Program-made: the position numbers and the translations under genes
NCBI GenBank assembly: GCA_965112735.1
Contig: OZ218956.1
Location: 992,001-1,056,000 of the forward strand
Direction: 5' to 3'
Source of the DNA: Phaeosaccion multiseriatum
Lineage: Eukaryota; Protista; Ochrophyta, other classes
Length of the DNA stretch: 64,000 bases
The notes under the pieces: model-generated
Told to the model about the DNA's origin: nothing
Databases searched by the model: none
What the model saw: the letters and a program-made list of their open reading frames with translations, nothing else
Shown here: positions 12,913 to 24,255 of the stretch, in pieces
Position numbering within the stretch: the stretch's first letter is position 1
How the letters are laid out: each line of letters starts with the position of its first letter

Positions 12913-14288
12913 ATGTACTTGCCCTCCATAAGTCGGAAAAGACGGAGAAGGACAGCAGGGGCAGGTGTGGGGTTGCTGCTTCTGGTAGGATGCGCCGCGG
13001 CCAGCATGTACGACAAGGCCATCACAGTATTCTCTCCTCAAGGAGAACTGCTGCAAGTGGCGTATGCCGAGCAGGCCGTGCAGCGAGGGAGTCTCGCGTG
13101 TGCTGTGAGCAACGGGGTGGACTGCGTGGCTCTCTGTATGGAACGGTCGGTCAACGAAGTCGTCCCCGCTGCTGAGGCGGAAGAGGAGAAGGGCGTCGAG
13201 GAGGGAGAGGGTGCAAGGAGCAGCAGCAAGAGCGACGTGGATAAAGACCGGAAGCTCCTGCGCCTGCGAAATTGGGATCACGAGAGCGACGGCAAGCTGT
13301 GGAAGGTACGATACTGGTGCTGCTGCTGCTGCTACTGCTGCTGCTGCTGCTGCTGCTGCTGAAAGGGCTGAGTGGAGTTGTAGACGGGTGGTTGGGGTAG
13401 GCGTGAATGCATTGTGGGGATTTTGCACTAACTCCCTGGTGCTTGCTTGCCATTCTGCTTTCAGATCGACGAAGGCACCTACCTGGCTATTGCAGGGCTG
13501 TCTGCAGACGGCCGAATCCTGGCCGGGAAGCTCCGCGTCCAGGCCCAGAACCACCGCCTGACATACGGAGAAGCTCCCACGCTCGAGTATCTGGCCAAAG
13601 TGGTTGGAAATCTCCAGCACAGGTAGGGCCATTGCAGCTTGCACACAATAGAGACGGACTGCTTGCACACGCCACACGTCGACATGAATGCGCACCGCTG
13701 CTGCCCCCAATCTGCTACCATGCATACCACAGAGCCACGCTGCAAGGAGGAACGAGACCCTTTGGCGTGAGCTGTGTGCTCTTTGGCATGGAGGCGAGCA
13801 TCGAGAAGGCTGCGGTCTTGACACCGAGAATCTTCCGCACAGAGCCATCCGGGCTCGCCACAGAGTGGGCGGCTGTGGCGGTAGGGAAGGGGAGTGATAA
13901 AGCCTTGAAGGCACTGGAGGCTGCGCTTGGCGGAGAGGAAGGGGACGGCAGGCAGTCGACAGCGGGAGAAGGGCATACCAAAGGTGGAGCAACAGCAGCA
14001 GAAGAAGTAGCAGCAACAGCAGCAGCAGCAGCAGCAGCAGGGGGAGAGGCACAGGCAGAAGGCAAGGCTCTGTCGGCAGACGAAGTTGGCTTCATCGCTG
14101 CCGATGCCGTGTTGGAACAAGGTTCCTCGGAAGCGGAGTTGATCATCATGCAGCGGGTGAATCCAACAGCAGGCGCCCCAAAGCAGCCCGCACTTGTAGA
14201 GGTGACGAGATGGGTGGCGAAAAGGCCCACAGGAGCTACAACGGAAGGAGCGGGAAGGAAACGAGTCGAGTTGACTCAGTTAAAATAA
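12913..14288 (+). CDS. 20S proteasome alpha subunit (alpha4/PSMA7-like), divergent, with N-terminal signal-peptide-like extension
   Basis: Exons 12913-13305, 13465-13622 and 13733-14288 splice in frame to give YDKAITVFSPQGELLQVAYAEQAV, IAGLSADGRILAGKLRVQAQNHRLTYGE, RPFGVS, IFRTEPSG..TEWAAVAVGKGS. The leader RKRRRRTAGAGVGLLLLVGCAAA precedes the conserved Met at 13006. Confidence 0.9.
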
Positions 14289-14305
14289 AGCTACAATATC
14301 TATTT

Positions 14306-15236
14306 TTATATGACGAGGAAGCCCAGAGCCGCCCCTCCAAGAGCTGCGAGAGTGGGAGGCGTGGAGTCGCCGAGGTACGTCATTACTCTGCGCCGCGAGA
14401 ACCCGTATCTTGCGCAGAGCTGCTCCACCCGGGGCTTGGAGACGCGTGGGAAAGAAGGGGGAGGAAACGTGGAAACGTACAGGGTTAAGCATCAGACAGT
14501 TGGTGCGCAGAGAGAGAGACCCAAGCTAAAACATTTTTCCCTCACCATATTGAAAGCGGCGATGTGCGTTTGCCTCAACACGTAGATGGTGACGGAGGTG
14601 AGCAGCACCAGCTTCAGGCTCGATGCGAGCAGTTTCTTCGCCACGCAGCCTGTGTCAAGTGAGGTGTCATGACGAAACGCTTGTCAGGAGTCGCAGAAGG
14701 ACGCAATGGCCCGCTAAACCCAACCTTTCGCATCACCTGCTCCGAGACCAAGGACGAATCCCGCCCCGTTGTCTCCGAGAAGGTCTTGAAGAGGTTGCAA
14801 CAAGTCTTTTTCAACAAAGGCTGGCTCATTCCTCCCCGCGTACCTCTTTGCACTTCCCATAAATTTCTCCAGTATTTCATCAAACTCTGCGCAAGGTGGG
14901 ACAACGGAACAGGTGGTGGGTTAAATGTTTTTCGATCAAGCTTCCTTATCGGACCTTTGTACCTGAGTCGCCGGAAGATATGGTTATCACGGCAGCAAGA
15001 ACGCCCCCAAGTCCTTCCTTTTGGTCGCCAAGGTCAACATCACAGCCCCACCCTGCGCCCCGCCCCCCCCCTCCTCCTCCCCCCAATCCTCCTCCTCCTG
15101 ATCCGCCTCCTCCTCCTAATCTTCGCATCCTTCTAATTCCCCCCATTCTCGGCGCGCTGAAGGAAAAAGTGTGAAAGCTCTCTGCAACCACAAAGGTTGC
15201 TGCAAGCCCCACTAACAACAAACATCTTCCTCTCAT
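14306..15236 (-). CDS. FUN14-family small membrane protein with bipartite plastid-type leader
   Basis: Exons 15236-14963, 14886-14737, 14649-14546 and 14434-14306 splice in frame: MRGRCLLLVGLAATFVVAES-FHTF..., GAGFVLGLGAGCVAKKLLASSLKLVLLTSVTIYVLRQTHIAAFNM, ...LAALGGAALGFLVI*. This matches the FUN14 three-helix pattern. Confidence 0.7.
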
Positions 15237-15317
15237 TTCCCCCCTTAATGACAGCCCCGTGCCGAGTTCTGTGCTAAGCTGAGATAGTAAAGATGTTAGG
15301 GGGTTTGGACCAAGTAT

Positions 15318-16863
15318 ATGCTGCGTCTATGGAGGGGCGTCAGTGTCCGTATTGATAAAGGAGGAAGGGGATTGAAGAGGAACTGGATGAGGGGAAACGC
15401 CGCGGGGAAACGCAGCCACATCACGTGTTGCACGTCCAGAAATCACAGATGTTTGGTACCGACTGCTCCATCGGCCGTTGGCTCTCCCCTCCCGCTGATG
15501 CTTGTTGTGCTGCCTGGGGAGATTGGAAAGACGAGGCCAGGCGACGATGAGTCGGATGGGCCCCTCTCCAGGAGCTCCTCGTCTCAATCAGAGTCCTCGT
15601 CCAGCCAGGACTCCCTGGGTTTGGGAGACGGGGTGAGTTGCGAGAAGGATGGGGTTGCGAGGTTCCTCGTACAAGTCCGGCTGGGTCTGATGACACCGTG
15701 CTTCGCCCGCTTTCTCTTTTTCAGGACCCAGACTCGCCGAATGACGAGGATTTCTCCTTGCTAAAAGCATGCTCGGACCAGGCAGAGGCAGCAACGGAGG
15801 AGGGCGAGGTAGCTCAGGCCTCCAAAGCCGGGAGGAAGGAGGAGAGGGGTGAGTACTTTGGTACTACTCATGAAACCAAGCATACTCCCCACCCTACGCA
15901 TGGCAGGCGGCACTCGAAGCTTGAAAAGATCAGACTGAGCATCAGAGAGAGAGCAAAGCTTGACGCCGATGCAAGGAGGGCCTCGTACCCAACAGTGTCC
16001 TCGGAAGAGGCAACCGAAGCCTCTGCAGCTGACGAGAGTAGGAAAATCACGAGTCTGCAGAGGGAGAACGAGAGGCTGTCGGATGGGCTCGGGAGGGCGA
16101 GCGCAGAGGCCCAGCGCCTTCGAAGGGAGAGCGCTGTGGGCCGATGCACGAGGAGGATTGTGCGCAACCAGCGGGTGGGGCTTAGACGGGCGTTCGGCGT
16201 GTGGAAGGGTGAAGTGCCACGCTCTCGACTGAGTCATTGTCTGCTGCTCCAAAGCGAAAAGGTTGCTCGGGCAGTGTGTAGATACAGAATGCGCTGGCGG
16301 ACGCGTGCCATACTCTATGCGTGGAGAGTAGAAGCGATCAAGGGCAGAGCAACTGGCAGCAAAGGTGAGGTGGTGGCTGTGGAGGCCGCAAAGGATGTCG
16401 AGTTGGTGCATGGGGTGCCATCCGAGGAGGCGGACTCCGCAGTTTTGCCATTGGAGACCGAGGAAGAGCAAGCTCCCCTCGAAAAGGTGCGTGGAAGTGG
16501 AGTACCTGCGGAGAAAGAGTGATGACGACACAAACCTACTGCCCCTCATCGCGCTCCACAATCCTGGTATCGGAGGCGAGCTTCCTCCCAGACTGACAAC
16601 ATGCTCGCCCCTTTGGCTTCGGGCCGTGTTGTCACGTCATAACCCCCGATGTTCTTCTCCCCCTTAAGGCCAGCGGTGCCCAAGAGAGGGACGCGGAGGA
16701 GGAGCACTGGGTGGTGGAGCTAGTCACCAAGCGTCTGCTCAGGGCAGAGCGCAGGAACGAAGAGCTAGAGCGAGCGCTGGATGAGGCGAAGCGGATGGCG
16801 CTGCAGGTGGGGGGCAGGAACAAGGGCCCACGTGAATGAGTAGGCAGGTGCCTCACCCAAAGG

Positions 16864-16895
<32 letters not shown>

Positions 16896-19800
16896 ACACT
16901 GGCTTGCTCTTCCCTTCTATTTCTCCGTCGGCGCGTCTCACCGCAAAATGTTCCACTCCCCGCTCGAACGTTTGACTGTTTCCTGTGCTGCGGTCTTCGC
17001 TCCCTTCCGAGCAGCACACCAAGGTCGAGGAGCAGCTGCGTGCGGATGCGCTTCGTCTCAAGAGCATGGTCATCGACAGCGTAGAGACGGCCATCCAGAA
17101 GGCGGCGGACACTGTTCTTGCCCGACCTGGCCATCGGGACCTTCCTGCGTCCGCACAGAAAAGGTCAGTTCAGTACCCTTTTCCTGTCTTTGCGTGGTTG
17201 CTTGTGTTCCTTCCTAACATGCCAGATTGGGTTGGTCACCTTTCTCCCCGATGCTCTGTACACACGGCAGCGGCGTGTCGAATGTCGCTCCCTTCGCCTC
17301 TCCAGGGGTCATCTACCCGCCGTGCCCGCCGCCGGCGACAGCGCACCCCGCCATCGCCCCTTCTCCTCCCCTCCGTCCCGAGAGATCCAGCATCGCGGCC
17401 CAGATGCTCAGTCAGAGCTTGAAAAAGGTACGATGTGCAGCTGCCGGCACGTGAGGGATTGTGGCCGGCTCTGCACACACATGGAGCGGCCTGCCACCCT
17501 GCCCTGCCTGCATGCCAACCTCCCACCCCCCACACCACCCTCGCAGGTGTTTGTGAGATACAGCACGCCTGCCGACTCGGAGTCCCGTAGACGTGTCTCC
17601 TCTGCGCCGCTTCTGTCCGAGGACGAGGACGCCTCCTCCTTTGAGTACCGCTTCATGAAGAGCAGGCACTGGGAGGCCTTCGCCTTCGACGCCGGCTTGC
17701 TGCACTCAGGGCACTTCGGTCTGGCTGACGTACACCTGGCCGTCGCAGCCGTCGTGGGGGAAGGGCCGCACAGCACGGCGGTCACCTTGAGGTAAGGTGT
17801 CATGTCGAGAGAGGCAAGACAGACAAGAGAAGAGAGGGGAAGGTTGTTAGCTTACGGTGTCCTGCCCCGCCCACTTCTGGTTGTTGTTTCCCCTGCTCAG
17901 CTTTGCCTCATTATGCTTTCTTTGCATGCGCCCCATACTCCGTGTCCTGCGCTCCTTGCCCCTCGCCTGGCAAGTGACTTCCGAGCGATTTTGGCCCAAA
18001 TTGCCGAAGCCAAGTTCTCTTGCGCGGATAGGCAACACGGAGGAGAAGGGGGGGGCTCTCCTTCCCAGCGCACGCCCCTACACATGCTGCTGCTGGAACA
18101 CGTGCTGCCGCTCAGCCACGACGCGAGCAGCAGAATGATGGCGGAGCACGAAGGAGAGGGCAGCAGTGTTGGGGGGGGCGCGCAGGGTGCGTATTATAGA
18201 CGGGCTCGAGAAGGCCGGAGAGACGGGGGGGCATTGCACTCGTAGAAAGGGCAAGTGTAATCTGTCGCCCCTTGACCTGTCTTGTTGACGCCCTCTCTCT
18301 TCCACCCCCTCTCTCGTCTTTTCCCCAGTGCCACCAGCAGCACCAGTATCCGTAGCAGTAGCAGCAGCAGGAGGAGGGGAGAGAGGTCGTCCAGAAATGC
18401 TGCTGACCCGCCCTACGGCCAAGCTCCCCAAGCCCAAGCAAGGGGCGAGCACGGGCACAGGTACTGTACTCCTTTGTGGGCTAACGTGCTTCGACTGGGC
18501 GGCGCTCCTTTGCCGACTGCTCACTTTGCGCCGTGGCCTTGCCTGCTGGTGTCTGGCTCTTTGCGCTCCCACAGGCAGCGAGCGAGAGGCGAAGCTTTTG
18601 CGGCACCCTCGTCGCCTCTCGCAGGAGCTCTCAGTCCATCCGCAGCAGCAGCAGCGGCGGCAGGAGCAGCAGAGGCCTGATGAGGGGACGAGGAAGCGGC
18701 AGCGGCCTCAACGGGAGGAGCGCCTCTTGACTCGCCCGCCGCAGCAGGGGCAGCAGGGGCGGGAGATGGTGCAGTCGTTGCTCATGCGGCAAGTACGTAC
18801 TACTGTGACTTGTGACTTAATTCCAAGATGCGAACGGCACCAGCTTTTGCCATACTCGACCTGCTTTACAGCGTCTGTCCTTGTTGCGTCGTCTGCCTTT
18901 CACACCAACGCCCCTCGTCTCCTCGTCTCCTTTCCTGACCGGGGCCATCTTCGTCACCACCCCCCCCCCTCCCGAGCAGGACAGTAGCATGGCAGCGGGG
19001 GAAGAGGAGCTACTCGCCCTGATCGGAGAGCCTAGGGTGCAGTGCCTCTTCTCCGTTTACAGGAAAGGACTGTTGGTCTGCTACTCAAAATTTGCTGTGC
19101 GCCGTTCAAAGCTCAACTCGACCACTGGAGCCGCAACAAGCCGCCTCTTTCTCTCCCTCTCTTTGGAAGCGTTCCTAAGGCTAGCCAAGGAGGTGGGTAC
19201 TCGGAAGAGCTTGCCGGGGGGGGGGGCTCGGCGGAGCCTCGACCGAAACTGTATGTGGGTTGGTAGGTGCGCTGTTCGCTTCGCTTCGTTAAACTGACTC
19301 GTTCCCGCTTCGTGCTTGCAGGTGAGGCTCGTGCCCACTTTGGTGAGTGTCGCCGCAGCCACTGGAAGGTATAAGGCCGCGTCTCGCTTTGGACACGCAG
19401 TCAGCTCAGGGGCGGCGGCCGAGGAGGACGAGGAGCAACGGCAACAGGGACAGGTCAGTCAGTCAGTCAGTCAGTCAGTCAGCCCCCCCCCCCAGTGGTG
19501 TGTGAACGGAACACGTCAATACCCTGCCCCGCCGTCCCCGTCATCCCCTCCCTACCTTAGACGCCCTTGTCGTTCCACGCCTTTACGAGCTGCCTGGGCC
19601 TGTGCGCGCTGGACGTGTTTGGAGATGACAAGTACAGGTACGTAAGGATTGGAGAAGGGACTGTCAGCAATCTCATGATGCTCCTTCCTCCTATGCGTTT
19701 ACTCATGCTTTCCGTCTCTCTCTATCTTTCTCTCTCTTCTTTTGCAGTGGGTGGACTGTTCGAGAAAAGGTGTTAACGCTGCTGTCTCGCCTCCATACAT

Positions 19801-21012
19801 GCCACCTGTTCCCGAGAGGGGTGCTGCCTCCCATCATGTATCTGGGGGAGGACAAGGAGGAGATGCTTTGGGGAATCTTCGAGACGTACGCCAGCACCCC
19901 CAGCAGCGAGACGGGGGCATACTACCCTCTTCAGCAGGTGCGTTCTTCTCTTGTGCACTTCGCTTGCTCCGCTTCACGCCCACTCTGTCCTCTCCTTTCT
20001 CTCTCCGAACGGTGGTCTCTCCAGCGCGTCTCTTGTACCTTCGTTGGTTGACGAATTGCGTCCCATTCCTGACCCGCCCCCTCCTCCTGCTCCGCAGCTG
20101 GCCCTGAGTAGCGTGGCGTTCAACAGGTTCTGTAGAGAGTTTGAGGTGCTGCAAGGAGGTATCCAGCCCGCGCAGATCGACATCACTTTCAAGAACGTCC
20201 TGCAGGCGCGCCAAGAGGTAAGGAGGGCCTTCCTCTCCCAATGGGGCTTGCACGAAGAGGATGTCGAAAGAAGGGGTCGAGGAGGAGGAGGAGGAGGAGG
20301 AGGAGGAGGGGGGGAGGGGGGGGGAGAGGAGGGGCGAACTTTCAAAGATTGGTCGTGGGAGGGTCTTTGCTGGCCGCCGGTGCGGTGCTTTTATACGCTT
20401 TGGCGTGGCCCCTCCGTGGCTGCAGCCCTCCAATCGTGTGTTTGGAGCTTTGCCTGTACGTACAATTCTAACTTGCTCGACCAAAGCCCTCCCGTCTTGG
20501 CCTTGAACCCCTCTCCCCCTTCTCTATAGAGGGCCCGCCCCGCTGCTAATGTGCTACGTCTCTTGGCGCTGCTTGATTCCCCTCTCCTCAAGGCCGGCCA
20601 TCAAATGAAGCAGAGCGGCGGCAGCAGCAGGGGGGGCAGGCCGAAGATGTGGTTCGAGGAGTTCTGCAGCGCCTTAGCAGAGCTTGCCAGGCTCAGGTGA
20701 GTGGGTGTGCGATGCGGCTCTGTTCCTGTGTGATGTCAGCGGCTCGGGAAAAGTTGTCTCACGGGCCAGCACCGTGTCACACAGCAATCGGGGGGGGGGG
20801 GGGGCGTCACATGTATTGGCGCTTGGCCTATCTATTGCGATACGCAGAGCTGCCTGAAAGAAAGACACGCACCTGCATCTGCTTGTGCTGCTTGTGCACC
20901 CCCCCCCAACCCCTTCCCCTCTTGGCTGACTCGCGTGTGCAGGCACCCCGAGGTGGCCGACGCGGACCAACGCTTCGACAAGTTCTTTGCCGCGCTCGTG
21001 TCCACCTCATGA
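15318..21012 (+). CDS. Large multi-exon protein with N-terminal coiled coil and repeated p25alpha/TPPP-like (EF-hand-like) helical domains; possibly flagellar
   Basis: Exons include 15318-15631, 15725-~16487 and 17547-~17791 (VFVRYS..MKSRHWEAFAFDAGLL..LADVHL), then LSLEAFLRLAKE, SFHAFTSCLGLCALDVF, LSSVAFNRFCREFEVL..IQPAQIDITFKNV, MWFEEFCSALAELARLR. Last exon HPEVADADQRFDKFFAALVSTS* ends at TGA 21010-21012. Start codon uncertain. Confidence 0.6.
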
Positions 21013-21597
21013 ATGGACTGGGCCACTGCTTGTGTCGCCACCGGAGCGGAGCAGAGAATGCTTGCGCCCTGCTATACCTCTTGCCGCCGGATTGTGACGT
21101 TGCGGGGCTTAGAGCCGACGCAGCCTTCCTCGTAGAGCGCAAGAGCACTTGGACGTGTGATGCTTCGCCTGCCTCCGCCGCCCCCTGCAGGCAGGGAGGG
21201 CATTGCGAGGGGCGTGTGAGAATGCGGCGAGTTGCACGCCGGGACCCCCTCGGGACGCACTCGAGTTGAGGTGTAGAGGGTCTCAGGGGAAGGATTGTCC
21301 CTCTCCCGCTCTACATCGCATCCTTGGAAGGAAGAAGCAAAGCCGATAAGAGTAGCGCCTTCATTTTGTGGAGGCTGCTCACTTGAGGAGTGAGGATGCC
21401 TCCACTTAAAAACTTACAAAAATGAAAGACGCTTCTGGGGCTGTTCCCGCAGGAAGGAAGGGCCTTTGACTGTGCCATGTATACACAGCCGTGGGGCCCT
21501 TCCTCCCACAGGAACAGTAGACCCTCTAGGCGGGCTTGTACAAAATCCAAAACAAAGCAAAAAAGGGTCATCGCGTCCCTCTAATAACAACTAAACA

Positions 21598-24050
21598 TCA
21601 AATTTCCTGATGCTGCAGAGAGGATGCGGGCGGCAGGCCCCACAGCGCTCGCATGAAGGGCGGCACCTCGTGCGTGGGCCAGCTGTAGCTCGTGAACTGC
21701 GGCATCCTACGCTTGAGAATGTCATAGTGCACAGAACTGCCCGCCGGCCCTTGGTACAGCACCACCGTCTTGGTCCTCTGTGCGCGCCACTCGCCCATGA
21801 CCTGAAAGTGCCCCACCGTTTCGTCCACCCGCCGCCCGTTCGTGTCGGTCTGTTGCTGCCGCACCACCAAAATGTTGACATCGCACTCTTCTGCCACGGC
21901 CAGCGCGCAACTCTCGTCAAAGCTGAGTGCAGCTACTGCTGGTGTAAAGATGGGTGGCGGGGGTAGTACCGGTCGCGTCCCTGCCGCTGCCGCTGCCGCC
22001 GCCGCCGCCACGTCCTCTACCGACGATGACATGACTTGAGCGGCCACGGGCTCTTGCTGGAAGAAGGTGGACACTGCTAGAGCCAGGTTGGGCACGGCGC
22101 CACTCTTGTCTATCTTTCTGATGCGCCCCGTCTGCTCGTCCCTATCCACCACAATCCCACACACCGTAGCCAGGGTCTCGATGGCGCTCTCGTAGGGCGA
22201 CACGACCGAGCAGCCCCCATGTAACGGCAGCACCGTGAGGTACATATTGAGCAGGTCCGAGGAGAGAAGCGTGTTCGGGTCCTTGGCCGCGGCCAGGCTG
22301 ACTCCTCCCCGGGCCGCGGCCTAGAGAGCGAGGACGAGGAGGGAAAAGAAAGAAGAGAGCGTTTACGATGAGGTGAGGGAGACTCTTGTTTGCTGCCCTT
22401 TGTTTCCTGGGACACACGCCCCTCTGTCTACTACACAGCCAACCCACAACCCACGAAGGAAGTGCGGGCCGAATTGTTCCTTGCTCCTTCTCACCTTGGC
22501 CAGGAGGTGGCTGGCGACAATGCGCCTGAGGTCTGCGGGGCTCTGCGCCAGCGCCTTGCCGATGGCCACAAAGCCGCTGTTCATGTCTGCCCGGATCGCC
22601 TCCACCTCCGCCAGGCCCGCGCAGCCCCGCTGGTGCATCTTGAACACGTTGAGGGGGTTGGTCTCTTCCCACTCCACGTTTCTGCGGCAGCGGTCGCATT
22701 GAAAGGCGTAGGGGAATATGACCAGGGGAGGCAAGCCGCCCAGACGGCCCCACACGCTCACCAAGCCGTGTTTGGAGATGAGGGACACTTGTTCGTTTGC
22801 CACCCTGACTTTACTTTGCACGTCTTGCAGCTTGGCGCGGCCTTGGGCGAGCTCTCCTGCTGCTGCCGTTACTGGTGTGATGGGAGGAGTAGGGCTCATC
22901 CCCGCTGCTCCCGGCAGGAGCAAGCTCGTGCCAGCTCCTGCTGTGCCCCCTCCCAGCCCGACTGTGCCGGGAGCGCGCACCTTCTGCTTCTTCTTCTCCC
23001 TATTGCTCACGTCAATCTCCGCCGCCGTGGAGCTAAAGCCCGCGCTGGAGATTCTAGGGCGGGAGTGCCCCTCCATTTTGGGCGCTGCCGTTTGCATGGC
23101 CTTCCGCCGCTCGTCCAGGGGCCGGATCTGCACACACATCTTTCTCACCCCCACCAGGTTTAGCTGCACCTTCTCCAACTTGAACTTGGTCTTCAGCTCG
23201 TCGCTCACTCTGCCGTTTGCTAGGCCTGTGAGCAGGGCGTTTCTGTCGTCCGCGTTGCCCCTCTGCTTGACCAGCACCTCGTAGAGGGCCCTCGAGTCTC
23301 GCAACGCCTGACTCCACTTGGATTGGGAGCCCCCGCTCGCTGACTTGCGGAAGTACGACTGCGCCAGCATTGCCCTTGTCGGCCTTACCAGGTGCCTCCA
23401 ATACTCCACACTCTTGAGCATGACCTTTTCGTCCACGGTGAGAGCGAGGTTTGGCAGCGATTCCACAAACGCATCAAGTTGCGCTGGACTGATCGTCTCC
23501 CAGGTGCGCAGCTCCAGGAACAAGCCCTCGAAGTGGACGCGCATCAGCCAGGTCGCCACTTTAAGGAAGGGAGGACAGAGATAGAGGAGGGGGTGGGCTT
23601 GGTGTTAGTGGCAGGTTGGGGGGGATAAAACTAGCGCGAGGCGAGGACGACGAAGAAGAGCCTCCCTCGCCCGTGGGCGAAAATGTTCCTCTCTTTCCAG
23701 TTTCTCTCACCCTTCATGGAAAGGGACAGGGCGTCCCCCACTCCAAGCTGCGAAATCCCGCTGACCCCCGACGGGTACGTCTCGATGCCTGCAAACACTT
23801 TGGGCAGCTTCACCCGCGACATGGCCTGGTTCGCTGTTCCCGTCCCCTCCGCCTTTCGATGCAGTATTCCCTCCACACTCTCCACCTTGCCGTACTCGTA
23901 CAGCCCATTCCCCAGCTGCGTGATGTAGTTCTCGCCCTGGGTGAGGTTGTCAAAGCAGGGGTGGCATTCCATAGACATGCGGAGGTTGGCCTGATTCCGC
24001 CTCCGCTGCCGCTGCCTCTCCGTGGACTCGCCCTCCGCGGTGTCCGCCAT
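21598..24050 (-). CDS. OTU-like (ovarian tumour deubiquitinase fold) protein with catalytic Cys replaced by Ser, preceded by a C2HC zinc-finger-like motif
   Basis: Exons 24050-23711, 23558-22495 and 22320-21598. Contains CDRC-x17-HQRGC, then IRADMNSGFVAIGKAL..ADLRRIVASHL (Cys loop, cf. DGNCLFRAL..LR), ALAVAEECDVNILVV, and VVLYQG..SVHYDIL (His loop, cf. HYDSL). Confidence 0.65.
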
Positions 24051-24255
24051 CCGTTCCGCTGCCACAACGGCGCTGGAGATGTGTGCTCAGTCGGGGGGAA
24101 CGAAGAAAAATCGGGCGTCCTTTTGTGGGCAGAGTTGGGCCAGAGTGGGCAAGAGTGGGCAATCATCCCAGGCCCAAACAATGATCATATGTCAACAAAA
24201 TTCATGCACCCTTGGGGCCTGAGCTGATCAACCACCTCATCCAATTTTCCTTTTC

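Noticed and set aside
12790-14052. 420-aa minus-strand ORF with poly-Leu start
   Set aside because: Antisense shadow of the proteasome gene; the poly-Leu comes from a GCA repeat.
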